This document shows, one piece after another, positions 31,301 through 40,533 of a stretch of 64,000 nucleotides of DNA (within the stretch, counting starts at the first letter, position 1; each line of letters begins with the position of its first letter). A program made the translations under genes and the position numbers. The DNA is taken from the NCBI GenBank assembly GCA_918797485.1, contig CAKKNE010000002.1, positions 4,712,001-4,776,000 of the forward strand, given 5' to 3'. The notes below the pieces were generated by a model. It did no database searches. It saw only the letters and a program-made list of their open reading frames with translations, and was not told where the DNA came from. The DNA comes from Pelagomonas calceolata. Taxonomy: Eukaryota.

Positions 31301-33203
31301 ACCAGGGGCGATCCCCGACGACCACTACCCTCAGCAGACATTCGTGTCTCAAAAGGTCGAAGAACCGAAGCTGGCGACGCACGTCGAGGGCCTGAAGGGC
31401 GCGGCGGCCGTGCCCTGGGCGAAAGTTCATAGAGAGGCCGTGCACCGCGCGAAGCTCGAAACGCCGTCCACGCCGTCGACGCCCGCGCCGGCGCCGGCGC
31501 CCGCGCCGTCGCTGGGCTTCGGCGCCGCCTTCGGCGCGGCCCTGGACGCGCCCGCGCCGGCGCCCGCCGCTCCATCATCGTCGACCTACCCGCCGATGCC
31601 CTCCAAGCCACCGAGCAAGCTGCCCTTCGGCACGCCGGCGCCCGCACCGGCGCAGAAGAAGAAGGCGAGCCCGTTCGGCGGCGCCTTCGCGCTCGAGGGC
31701 CTCGGGGCCGCGTTGGAGGCCAAGGCCGCGGCCGCGGGCGCCGCGCCTGCTGCCGCACCCGCGCCTGCGGCCTCTGGCGGCTTTGGCGCCGCCACGCCGG
31801 CACCGGCGCCCGCTGCCTTTGGCGGGTTTGGAGCGCCGGCGCCCGTGCCCGCGCCCGCGCCGGCGGCGCCGGCCTTCACGCCCGCGCCCGCACCGGCTTT
31901 TGGTGCGCCTGCTGCGGTGCCCGCGCCGGCGCCCGCGGCGACGCCTTTCGGCGGCTTCGGCGCGCCCGCAGCCGGCGGTGCCGGCGACGCGCGCGCTAAG
32001 GTCGTCGAGATCTACCAGAAGTGCAACCCGACGAAGCTTTCGGAGGTCGACAAGCTCTTGGCCAAATACGCGGGCAAGGAGGCCGAGCTCGTGCTACGAC
32101 TCCAGAAGAAGTACGCGGCGCAGCTCGGCTCGCCGGCCGCGGCGTCCCCGTTCGGACAAACCCCGGCGCCGGCGGCGTCGCCGTTCGGCCAGGCGCCGGC
32201 TCCTGCTGCATCGCCCTTTGGCGCACCCGCGCCCGCCGCCGCGTCGCCGTTCGGGACGACACCGGCCGCTGCATCGCCGTTCGGCCAGACGCCCGCGCCC
32301 GCTGCCTCGCCGTTCAGTGGCAGCGCGCCGGCACCCGCGCCCTTCGGCGGCAGCGCGTTTGGGAGCCCCTCAACGCTCGGTGCCGGCGGCTCGGCCTTCG
32401 GGAGCACGTCTAGCCTCGGCGCGGGCGCCGCAGCCTTCGGGAGCGCGTCGGCGCTCGGGACTCCGGGGTTCGGAGCCGCGGGCGGCGACGCTCGATCAAA
32501 AGTTGTCGAGATCTACCAGAAATGTAACCCCACGAAGCTCGGCGAAGTCGACAAACTGCTGGCCAAGTACGCGGGCCGCGAGGCCGAGCTCGTCGCGCGG
32601 CTCCAGAAAAAATACGCGGCGCAGCTCGGAAACGCAGGCGGTGGGTTCGGCCAGCCCGCGGCCCTGGGCGGCGCGACGTTCGGCGGGGCGGCCGCGGCGC
32701 CGAGCGCGGGCTTTGGCGGGTTCGGCGGCGGCGCCGGGGCATCCACTGGCGGATTCGGCCAGCCCGCGGCCCTCGGAGGCGGCTCGGCCTTCGGCGCCAC
32801 GTCGACGCTCGGCGGGGGCGGTGCGACGTTCGGCGGGGCGGCGGCGGCGCCCAGCTCAGGCTTCGGAGGCTTCGGCGGCGGCGCGGCCGCTGCGCCGACG
32901 AGTGGTTTCGGCGCCGCGGCGCAGGCCCCGGCGTTTGGCTCGCCAGCGGCGCTCGGCGGCGGCGCGGCGTTCGGCGGCGCGTCGCCGGGTGGCGGCTTCG
33001 GTGGAGCCGCGGGCGCGCCGAGTTCTGGCTTCGGAGGTTTCGGTGGGGCGGCCGCCGCGCAGTCGCCAGGCTTCGGCCAGCCCCAGCAACAGCCCGCGTT
33101 CGGCGGCAGCGGTTTCGGCTCGCCCGCGGCGCCCGCCTTCGGCCAGCCACAGGGGCAGCAGTCGTCCACATTCGGGCGGAGCTTCACGCAATTCCGGGGC
33201 TAG
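28344..33203 (+). CDS. Nup214/Nup159-like FG nucleoporin (1619 aa)
   Basis: N-terminal beta-propeller-like region, central coiled coil, long FG/xFGG tail ending SFTQFRG. Confidence 0.75.
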   Translation: MADDDVRLTLLADFRLAQITTDPQSAVAGAGVAVLDRHGVVCVGAGREIVCVEAAALEAAAWARYDDSKKSGGSKRREGAAPPSLTRAELAGPCTCCAASSDAAVVAAASSQDVAVFAVERGPSLRRVRATPHANVTALAVSADGAWVAASTSTKTTVFKVDGGGDMELDGSHAAFRGAKLAVASSEGVVTYALANDVWREEGRVGADADSLGDDDARSPHFVRWLDDARILLGFRHTEDALARAIVVDVSSKTVTTYAADLGDTVVAFFDREAPGSPHTFFAASSRSGLCLVACNLSRDVGVVREDPEQPGAYYLHEAYDEAALVCQTPCQSFQGDERETLVAGLGVLATGVARAAPPADPSLPVPPDAPPAALVVLLSTAGLLSCYALADDERPASRVAAAPLPAPSAAAATSSYPPMPSKPPSKLPFGAPAPAPAPAFSFGGAAAAKPSFSFAAPAPAPAAAAKSGYPPMPTKAPSKLPFGAPAPAAAAKSSYPPMPTKAPSKLPFGAPAPAAAKSAYPPMPTKAPSKLPFGAPAPAAAKSAYPPMPTKAPSKLPFGAPAPAAAAKSSYPPMPTKAPSKLPFGSPAPAAAKPSSGYPPMPTKAPSKLPFGAPAPAPAAKPATFGFGSPAAAPAPAKSAYPPMPTKAPSKLPFGAPAPAPAAKPAGFGSPAPAAPTTQEDLPPGWSLQVPKDAEEAEKWRVCLEMEQAMSAMRKELQIAKAAIAPQLKKGQEDLRKERALLAEARTTALALEAQEREFGEARAALLGSVETAQRQNEETRANLDIAEGMMADCTDEQLKKKAKDWEEVLKHQELDAASQRQLDKLTKLSSEVADKLAEVSLVNSHREALSKQADVGDTSFFGSPRDAPSFGTARVKSSSQNDAAAFLRRVRATYEQTLQLQEVIIPSLDKRWDAACAERDRLKALKTDLSPEIEAAMKRDCEARKGIEPPPLEPWEQAFIKMCQENTPPIVRDCRPMHQRTKPIPGAIPDDHYPQQTFVSQKVEEPKLATHVEGLKGAAAVPWAKVHREAVHRAKLETPSTPSTPAPAPAPAPSLGFGAAFGAALDAPAPAPAAPSSSTYPPMPSKPPSKLPFGTPAPAPAQKKKASPFGGAFALEGLGAALEAKAAAAGAAPAAAPAPAASGGFGAATPAPAPAAFGGFGAPAPVPAPAPAAPAFTPAPAPAFGAPAAVPAPAPAATPFGGFGAPAAGGAGDARAKVVEIYQKCNPTKLSEVDKLLAKYAGKEAELVLRLQKKYAAQLGSPAAASPFGQTPAPAASPFGQAPAPAASPFGAPAPAAASPFGTTPAAASPFGQTPAPAASPFSGSAPAPAPFGGSAFGSPSTLGAGGSAFGSTSSLGAGAAAFGSASALGTPGFGAAGGDARSKVVEIYQKCNPTKLGEVDKLLAKYAGREAELVARLQKKYAAQLGNAGGGFGQPAALGGATFGGAAAAPSAGFGGFGGGAGASTGGFGQPAALGGGSAFGATSTLGGGGATFGGAAAAPSSGFGGFGGGAAAAPTSGFGAAAQAPAFGSPAALGGGAAFGGASPGGGFGGAAGAPSSGFGGFGGAAAAQSPGFGQPQQQPAFGGSGFGSPAAPAFGQPQGQQSSTFGRSFTQFRG

Positions 33204-33279
33204 TCGTTTAAATGGATGTTTAGGTTATGTCATATCCAAGTGCTGTGCCCCGAGACAAGTCAGGCCACAGCGCCGGCGC

Positions 33280-35055
33280 TCACGACTGCCCGAGCACCTC
33301 GAGCACCGCGTGGCGCACGGGCATGCTCTCCGCGGCGTGCTCGGCCGGCGTCTTGCCCTCATTGTCCCTCGCCTCGACGTCGGCGCCCGCCTCGACGAGC
33401 AGCCGCACGCACTCTGTATGGCCGTTGGCGGCGGCCTCGTGCAGCGGGAGTTTTCCGTTCTTTCGCTTTGGGTTGACGAAGGCGCCGAATTCGATGAGAC
33501 ATCGGATGCAGTCGGCATGGCCGCCCTTGGCCGCGTCGCCCATCGCGGAGAGCCCGAGGCCGCCGCTGACGTAGTCGATCTCGTCGCGCTGGCCATGCGC
33601 GACCAGGTGCTCGCACAGGTAGCGCATGCACCGGGCGTGGCCGAAGCGGCCGCACATCATCAGTTGCGACATGCCGAAGGCGTTCTTGAACGTCGGGCTC
33701 ACTCCGAGGGTCTCCACGCAGTACTTCAGCATCGGCAGGTGCCCCATCATCGCGCAGTTCCACCCCATCATGTTCATGTCGCGCTCGGGGTGCGAGTCGT
33801 ACCCGCCCTGCCGCCCGTCGCCGCGGCCGCAGAAGGCCTCGTAGTCGTCGCGGGTGATCTCCGCGGCCGGCGCCGACCAGCCCTCGGCCACGAAGTCGGG
33901 CTCCTCCGTCGTCTCGGCCAGCACGAGCGGCTTGAGCGTGACGAACGTCCAGATGTTCCAGAAGGCCTGGATGCTGCCCTTCATGGACGCGCCGACGCGC
34001 TCCTCGAAGGGAGCCTCGCGATGGCCCTCCGCGTCCAGCTGCGACCAGACGTATTTCAGCTGCCGCTCGAAGAGTCCGTGCAGCACCCGGCGCAGCTCGA
34101 GCTTGTCGCACGCGATCGGCGTGACCGAGCCGTCCGCGGAGGTGACCTTGTGCCCGAGGCGGCAGCACGAGAAGGCGCCGGTGAGCACGGCGGTCTTGCG
34201 CTGCGTCATGTTCCACGCGCGGTCGATCTTGTCGAGCGTGCGCACCCGCGGCGGCTCGCCGAAGGGCTGCGTGACCAGGAGCGGTCGCCCGTCGCCCAAA
34301 CGCACCAGGTTGAGCACGGCCTCCTCCATCCGGCACCAGCCGCGCGCGAGCCACGTCTCGTAGTCGGCCTCGAAGCCGGCGTCGGCGTGCCGCACGCCCG
34401 CCGGCGCGCAGATCCAGAAGTTCTGAGCATGCTGCACGTACGAGGGAATGGCGTGGATCGCCGCCTTCTGCTCGGCGAGCACGCGCAGTGTCTCCTCCGT
34501 CGTCGTGCACGTGATCGTTTGAGGGATCGATATATAATCCATCCACACCCAGCCGTCGGCGATCGACGCGAGGAAGTGCGCCTCGCTTCGCAGCACCGAC
34601 TCCTCGTCGCCGAACGACCCCTGCGTCGCCGACGCGTGCTTGGTGGAGGCACTTCCTGCATTCTCTGCGGTGTACCCCTTACTGTAGGCGTTCCAGTCCT
34701 CCTCGGAGCGGAAGATACTCTCGCCGGCGATGGCCATGCGGAAGATCGCCTGCATCGTCTTCAGGTGCGCGCCCTCGGGGTCCGCCTCGGCATAAGCGAG
34801 CCACTGGTGCGACACGAAGTTGAGGCGTTCGCCGCGGTGCTCGCCCGAAAAGTCGACGGGCACGACGAGACCCTTGGCGGCCAGGGTGTTGTGCGGCTCG
34901 AGCCTCGTGAGCTCGAGGAAGTCGCGCATCCGCATGGCGTAGAGCGGGAAGCCCGTCTCCGGCTCGACCGGCGCATCGGCCGTCGCGTGCTCGCCCGTCG
35001 CGACGGTGGTCACCTTGGCGCCCTCGGCGGTGGCTTCCTTCGTGGATTTGGCCAT
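33280..35055 (-). CDS. HET-like domain + C-terminal ankyrin repeat protein
   Basis: FVSHQW, WVWMDYISIPQ, RGWCRME; ankyrin repeats such as PLHEAAANGHTECVRLLVEAGAD; first ATG 35055. Confidence 0.8.
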   Translation of the reverse strand: MAKSTKEATAEGAKVTTVATGEHATADAPVEPETGFPLYAMRMRDFLELTRLEPHNTLAAKGLVVPVDFSGEHRGERLNFVSHQWLAYAEADPEGAHLKTMQAIFRMAIAGESIFRSEEDWNAYSKGYTAENAGSASTKHASATQGSFGDEESVLRSEAHFLASIADGWVWMDYISIPQTITCTTTEETLRVLAEQKAAIHAIPSYVQHAQNFWICAPAGVRHADAGFEADYETWLARGWCRMEEAVLNLVRLGDGRPLLVTQPFGEPPRVRTLDKIDRAWNMTQRKTAVLTGAFSCCRLGHKVTSADGSVTPIACDKLELRRVLHGLFERQLKYVWSQLDAEGHREAPFEERVGASMKGSIQAFWNIWTFVTLKPLVLAETTEEPDFVAEGWSAPAAEITRDDYEAFCGRGDGRQGGYDSHPERDMNMMGWNCAMMGHLPMLKYCVETLGVSPTFKNAFGMSQLMMCGRFGHARCMRYLCEHLVAHGQRDEIDYVSGGLGLSAMGDAAKGGHADCIRCLIEFGAFVNPKRKNGKLPLHEAAANGHTECVRLLVEAGADVEARDNEGKTPAEHAAESMPVRHAVLEVLGQS

Positions 35056-35696
35056 TCCACTGGGGCAGCCTCCTACTTGCTGGAAAAGCAGCAGCACTGG
35101 TCGAAATAGCTCTGGCTGCAGGGCAGCTGTGACAGATGGTGCTGCGGTAGCAAGCCGGATCTCAGAAGTCCTGGCCGCGCTGCATTACTATCTTGTGCTC
35201 TAATATTGGCAGCCTGCGCTGCGTGCGCGGCCCTCTAGTCCCGCGGGGGCAACGGCGGCCCCGGAAGAGTCCTCGTATGGCTGAGCACAAGGAGCAGAAG
35301 CTTCCGGGCAGGGTAAACCACCCGAGCTGCCCCATGCTGGGGGACACCGCCGCCACGCAGCCCTGGTGGCTTGCCCGTCCCGCGAAGCTTGCGCCGACGC
35401 ATCAGCACGGGAGCCCCACGAAGGACCGCACTTCCGTTTCAAACCGGCTATAACTAGGAAGCTAGGATACTTTCGCCTCCGCCGGCTACTCGTCGTCTGT
35501 CTCACGCCGGGAGAGGCCTTCGAAGCTGCCCGTCGCGGCGTCGAGGCAGCGCTCCGCTACTCGTCGTCTGCCTGCGCGGGAGTGGCCAACGAGGCTGCCC
35601 GTCGCGAGCCCCGAGGCAGCACCCAGACCGTAGCCAGTAGCCCAGCTAGCGCAGCGCCGCGCGAGCAGGCAGCACCCGGACCGTAGCCAGCTCAAG

Positions 35697-37286
35697 ATGT
35701 CCGCCGCCGCGGCCCACGCGGCCAGACAAAAAAACAAGGCCAAGAAGGAGGCCGCCGCCGCGAAGGACAACTCGCCGTCGAAGTGGTCCTTCCGCAGCAC
35801 GAAGGTAGAGGACGCGCCGGCCGAGGGTATCATACAAACGGACGAAGATGTCGAGTACTCGAAGTGCTTCCCCACGCTCGAAGTGGAACGACCTAGCACG
35901 GACGGCTTCTTCCTCAACAAATTGCGCTACTACCAGCCCGAGGACAAGTATATCTACGAGCACGTCTACGTGCAAATCTTCGTCGCCGTCCTCATCATGG
36001 GTAATTTCGGCGTGAACATCGCGGAAGCGCAGATCGGCACGAACGGCTACGCTAAAGAGGCGGAGTCGGGCCGGGGCAGCTACAAGGACAAGGGCGGCTA
36101 CAAGGAGACGACGTACGACGGCACGGATATCTACTTTAAGAGGGGCGAGGACTCGCACCTGTCGTCGACGATGCGCGTCTTCGTGGGCTTCGAGGAGTTT
36201 TTTTTCTGGGCCTTCCTCATTGAGTTGTCGATGAACTATTATAGATATGCCGATTATCGACTCAACGAGTTCTGGAAGGACGGCTGGAACTGCTTCGATA
36301 GTTTCATTGTGGGCGTGACGATCCTATTCAAGATGCCGTTCGAATTACCGGTCTACCTGAAGTACTTGCGGTTATTGCGGGCGTTCCGCGTGTTTCGATT
36401 ATTCAAGCGCATCAAGTCGCTCAACAAAATTATTGTTTCATTGGGCAAGGCCGTGCCCGGCGTGTCGAACGCCTTTTTGATCCTTTTGTTAGTGATGGCG
36501 ATCTACGCGATCTTGGGCGTCGAGCTCTTCAGCCAGCTGCCCTGCGGCGTGAACAGCCGGGACGGGCCGAACTCGTGCGTGAGCATGAACGGCTGGATGG
36601 CCGAGGGCTACCACCTCTATGGGTTGCAGGACTCGACGTGTACCGGCACGGGCTGCCCGGATTTTTCTACCTATGATAATTGGGATAAAACGGCCGCGAA
36701 CTGCCCGGCCGGCTGCGTATACACTGCAAACGGCTGGGGGCGCGACGGGAAGTTCAAGTGGGGCGGCGACGTCGGCCAGGCTGGGGTGGATAGGCCCGCG
36801 GACGGGCCGCCTCCCTTAATGTGCTCCAAGGAGGGCGCGCCCGGCTACGGCATCGTCAAGGAGTGCCGGATCCAGTACCACTACGGCCAGGAGTACTGGG
36901 GCAACTTCATGAAGTCTTTGTATACACTGTTCCAAGTGTTGACGGGCGAGTCGTGGTCCGAGGCCGTCGCGAGGCCGCTACTCGAATGGTCCCCGGTACC
37001 AACGGCCATCTTCTTCGTGAGCTTCATGCTGCTGAACGGTATTGTTTTGATCAACGTCGTCGTGGCCGTTTTGTTGGAGAAGATGGTCGACGAAGACCCG
37101 CCGCCCGAGGACGAGGGCGGCGACGAGCCCATCACGGAGGCAGGTGTTGACGGCGGCGCGCCGCCGCGCCCCGATGCCGACGGGGACGCGTTGATGACCA
37201 AACTGGAAGCGATTCAGAAACAGCTCGACGTCCTGACGGCGCAGCGGGACGGCGCGGTCCGGGCGCAGCCGGCGGCGGCGGCGTAG
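35697..37286 (+). CDS. Single-domain 6-TM voltage-gated cation channel (EukCat/BacNav-like)
   Basis: DGWNCFD, S4 LRLLRAFRVFRLFKRIK, pore TLFQVLTGESWSE, S6 LINVVVAVLL, C-terminal coiled coil. Confidence 0.9.
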   Translation: MSAAAAHAARQKNKAKKEAAAAKDNSPSKWSFRSTKVEDAPAEGIIQTDEDVEYSKCFPTLEVERPSTDGFFLNKLRYYQPEDKYIYEHVYVQIFVAVLIMGNFGVNIAEAQIGTNGYAKEAESGRGSYKDKGGYKETTYDGTDIYFKRGEDSHLSSTMRVFVGFEEFFFWAFLIELSMNYYRYADYRLNEFWKDGWNCFDSFIVGVTILFKMPFELPVYLKYLRLLRAFRVFRLFKRIKSLNKIIVSLGKAVPGVSNAFLILLLVMAIYAILGVELFSQLPCGVNSRDGPNSCVSMNGWMAEGYHLYGLQDSTCTGTGCPDFSTYDNWDKTAANCPAGCVYTANGWGRDGKFKWGGDVGQAGVDRPADGPPPLMCSKEGAPGYGIVKECRIQYHYGQEYWGNFMKSLYTLFQVLTGESWSEAVARPLLEWSPVPTAIFFVSFMLLNGIVLINVVVAVLLEKMVDEDPPPEDEGGDEPITEAGVDGGAPPRPDADGDALMTKLEAIQKQLDVLTAQRDGAVRAQPAAAA

Positions 37287-37419
37287 ACCGCCGGCGCCCT
37301 AACGTATAACGAATATTAGTCTATAGTACTCTTCCCGCGTACTAGTACTAACGGGACTCGGGGCGACGGCGCATGGGGGCCGGTGGCGGGACGCGCGTTC
37401 GGTCAGTAGTACGTCCCAT

Positions 37420-37712
37420 CATGATCGCGGATATTTTTAAAATGGTCAAGTCGGTCGATCATGAATCTAATACCGGTTCCTATGTCCTGTGTGGTAGTGG
37501 AGTCGCTGATATATTTTAGGTTTTAATCCCGGCCCATTTTAATACCTTACCCCCATGGCGACGGGTCGCGCAGCATGCGGGATTTTATGGAGAGTGGTCA
37601 AGTCGGTCGATCATAAATGTAATAACGGTTCCTATGTCCGGTGGATACCCCCGTCTCGGCCTAGTCACAGCTTTAATCCCCCGTGCCGTTTTAGATACCT
37701 TACCTTACCCTA
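37420..37712. repeat. Degenerate ~152-bp tandem repeat, AT-richer than surroundings
   Basis: tggtcaagtcggtcgatcat.aat.taata.cggttcctatgtcc at 37443 and 37595, each followed by tttaatccc...ataccttac. Confidence 0.8.
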
Positions 37713-37833
37713 TTGCCAACCAGTTGCTGACCAGTAGTCACTGACCAGTAGGTTGGGATTAAAGCGTCCGGCACTGCTCCCGGGGCCGCGCCGCCGTCGC
37801 CGCTAACACTCGGCAAAGCACCTTGAACAAATA

Positions 37834-39387
37834 TTAGTCCCCCAACGCCGTCGCCGCGTGCACGAGCCGCGCGTCGAGGCCCTCCCCCACCTCGTCACCC
37901 GCGCGGTAGAGCAGGAGCCGGCCCGCCCGCACGAGGTCCAGCACGACGCGCGCGTCCGCTCTTGAGGGAGGCGGCCGCCGCGCGGCGACGCACGGCTCGC
38001 CCGGCGCGAGGGCGGCGAGCTGCGCGTCGCCCCGTCGGATCACGAAGTCGTGGCGCTTCTCGTTCTCCACACAAATTCCGCCGCACCAATGACTTGGATC
38101 ACCCCTCACACAACACGCGTCGTACTCCGCCTTGGATCGAGAGGACGCGTCCCTGACAACAGCGACGTACCGCAAGTCCAGCGCGTAGTCGAGGCCGTGG
38201 TTTCTGGCAGGCGCCGCGACCCACTCCTCGCAGTCATCGAAGGCTTGTCGCGCCACCCTCGCATGTATCGAGGCGTCGTCCACCGAGAAAGGTAACGAGA
38301 CCCAGGCGCACGTTTTTTTACCTTCCAATGGATCGAGCCGCCGGAAGTCGCTCGTCTCGTGCGAGTGCAGGACGTCGCAGTGGCGGCCCCCCTTCAGCCG
38401 TTTCTCGACGGCTAGGGCGGCCGAAACGGCTCGTGGGGAGGTCTCCGGGTCGTCCGTGGAGGAGGAGGTAGCCACGAAGGTATCCTCATGATCAAAGCCG
38501 TCGCAAGTTAATGCGGCATGCGCGCGCGTCGCCGGGTCCCGGCCCCGGCAGTTCGCGGCGTCATCTATTGAATGCCACTTTGCCCGAGATATATGCAGCG
38601 CCGCTCTGAAAGCGACCTGATCCATCAATTGCGGCGGGTCCGCTCGTCGCAGGTCTCTGTACGTCCTCGACCAATGGTTTAACAGATCTAACGCTTTCGG
38701 CGTTCTTCTCAGAAACAAAGCACCGGTGTTCGCTTCGGGTGTTGATAGATCCACATCATAGGACAGCCTCAACTGGCCGCCGGCGTGCCACCTTGCTGGA
38801 GGCACGGGCACGAATGCGACGTCAGCTTTGTCCATAGCACAAGCGTACTTCACGAGGCTGCGACACACGATCGTGTCCGCGTCCAGGAACACGAGCGCAC
38901 CGTAGGTCGGCGCTCTTTTTAAAGCTTCCGTCAGGGATCTGATTTTTGCCGCTCGCAAATCCGCGACCGCCTTGTTATTCGCATCCCCAACAGTAGTCCA
39001 GGGCTTGTGCTTCGACACGAGTTTTTTCCCGTCCTTCTGGTACGTGCGGAAGGCCACAAATTCCGGCATGCTGTTGAACGATGTCGCGTTTTCTGCCTCT
39101 GCCAATACGTCGACATAGTCAAAAACGACGCCGTGGCCGTCGCATTTTGTCGCTTCCTTCTTCACGTGCGACGCGCCCTTCGCATCGGTGATCAGCACCG
39201 TATGGGCTTGCGGATGCGCGGCCTTCGCCGAACGCGCGCTCCGGCGCGCTTTCGCGAGCGTCCGCGGGCCTACCGCAAAATAGGCGAAGGCTAGTTCTTC
39301 GCAGTGGTCGGCGTGTTCGTCTGCCGTTGTGGCGGCGTGCTCCTGCGCCGCCGTGGCGAGCAGCAGAAGCAGTAGGCGCGCGATCAT
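37834..39387 (-). CDS. Secretory-pathway nucleotide-diphospho-sugar glycosyltransferase
   Basis: Signal peptide MIARLLLLLLATAAQ; FLDAD (DxD), NTGALF, MDQVAF. Confidence 0.75.
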   Translation of the reverse strand: MIARLLLLLLATAAQEHAATTADEHADHCEELAFAYFAVGPRTLAKARRSARSAKAAHPQAHTVLITDAKGASHVKKEATKCDGHGVVFDYVDVLAEAENATSFNSMPEFVAFRTYQKDGKKLVSKHKPWTTVGDANNKAVADLRAAKIRSLTEALKRAPTYGALVFLDADTIVCRSLVKYACAMDKADVAFVPVPPARWHAGGQLRLSYDVDLSTPEANTGALFLRRTPKALDLLNHWSRTYRDLRRADPPQLMDQVAFRAALHISRAKWHSIDDAANCRGRDPATRAHAALTCDGFDHEDTFVATSSSTDDPETSPRAVSAALAVEKRLKGGRHCDVLHSHETSDFRRLDPLEGKKTCAWVSLPFSVDDASIHARVARQAFDDCEEWVAAPARNHGLDYALDLRYVAVVRDASSRSKAEYDACCVRGDPSHWCGGICVENEKRHDFVIRRGDAQLAALAPGEPCVAARRPPPSRADARVVLDLVRAGRLLLYRAGDEVGEGLDARLVHAATALGD

Positions 39388-39557
39388 CGCATTTTTTTGG
39401 CAGCCTAATTGGAGCAGGTGTGCTTGCGATGAACAATGCCTCGAATTGCAGTGTTTTTTCGTCTTGCGCTGCACCGTAGGGTCGCCTTTAGCTCCTGGCC
39501 GCACGTAAACTGGCGGTGCGTGCAAGCTTAAGCAAAAAAGCAAAAAATTGCCGATAA

Positions 39558-39580
39558 CTAGCGGCTTAAAGACACTAGAA
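39558..39580 (-). promoter_or_regulatory. Conserved double-CTAG upstream motif, copy 5
   Basis: Minus strand ttctagtgtctttaagccgctag, between divergent ATGs 39387 and 39778. Confidence 0.5.
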
Positions 39581-39777
39581 ACGAAAGCCAAGCTGGCGCG
39601 CCGCTCGACTGAGGCTATAGAATCAGTCTCCGGCGCCGCTCTGGGCTCAGGGGAGCTATTTGTCACCGGCATCGCTGCCACGCGCGCGCGCGCTGCGTCA
39701 AAGGCCGCCGCCGCGCCGGGTCAGATCGATCTGCCAAAAGCGCCTTTAAAACGCGCCGCAGCGCGACGTAGCGCACG

Positions 39778-40506
39778 ATGACCAGCGACGTCGCGAGAAT
39801 AGCGACGAGCACCTGCGACAAGCTCCTCGCCAAGAAGGACACGTTCGGCGACCAGTGCGTCGCCGTGAGGGCCGAGCTCGAGAACTTCGCGAAGACTTGC
39901 AAGAAGCTCGAGGTGTCCGACGCGGCGAAGAAGAAGGCGTTTGATGCCATGATCAAGGCGATGTCAGGCACGCTGGAGACGACGCACGCCATCGACGCGT
40001 TCGTGCGAGCCTTGGAGAAGGTGCGGAACGACGCGAGGAGGGGTGTTTTCGACAACTCCGGAGACGCGTTCCCGGATGAATTCAGGAAAGCGTTGGACGC
40101 GGCCGTCGAGTCTTATGGAGAGGCCGACATCGACGACGAGCCTCCATTAAAAAAGCTGAGGGAAACCGCGGGCTTCGAGAAGGCTGATGATGCGGACGAG
40201 GACGTGGTATTGGACGACACGCATGATCAGGGAGAGGCGGCGCTGACGTGCCCCCTCTCGACCGGTCTTTTAGTGCAGCCGGTGAAGGCGCGGCCCTGCG
40301 GCCACGTCTACTCCACGGCCTCGGCCAAGGCCTTCTTCAAGGGCCAGGGCAAGAAGTGCGCCGTCTTCGGCTGCGACAAAATGCTCAAGTGGAGCGACTT
40401 CGTCAAGGACAAGGCCTCGGAGATCGCGCTCCGCGAGGCGCGGAAGAGGCGCGAGCGGACGCAGCGGTCCCAGGCCGAGGAGATCGACGACGAGGACGAC
40501 GAGTGA
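39778..40506 (+). CDS. NSE2: NSE2/Mms21 SP-RING SUMO E3 ligase (SMC5/6 subunit)
   Basis: Acidic linker DEDVV, then CPLS...PV...CGHVYS...CAVFGC. Confidence 0.8.
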   Translation: MTSDVARIATSTCDKLLAKKDTFGDQCVAVRAELENFAKTCKKLEVSDAAKKKAFDAMIKAMSGTLETTHAIDAFVRALEKVRNDARRGVFDNSGDAFPDEFRKALDAAVESYGEADIDDEPPLKKLRETAGFEKADDADEDVVLDDTHDQGEAALTCPLSTGLLVQPVKARPCGHVYSTASAKAFFKGQGKKCAVFGCDKMLKWSDFVKDKASEIALREARKRRERTQRSQAEEIDDEDDE

Positions 40507-40533
40507 GTAAGTGTGTACAACCCAACTACTCAA

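Noticed and set aside
31783..35109. 1108-aa + strand ORF
   Set aside because: Shadow frame: off-frame within the nucleoporin and antisense to the HET-ankyrin gene; Arg/Pro/Ala-rich, as expected from stop scarcity at high GC
37696..37712. taccttaccttacccta as telomeric repeat
   Set aside because: Only ~3 short units, not CCCTAA-type, and part of the local 152-bp repeat
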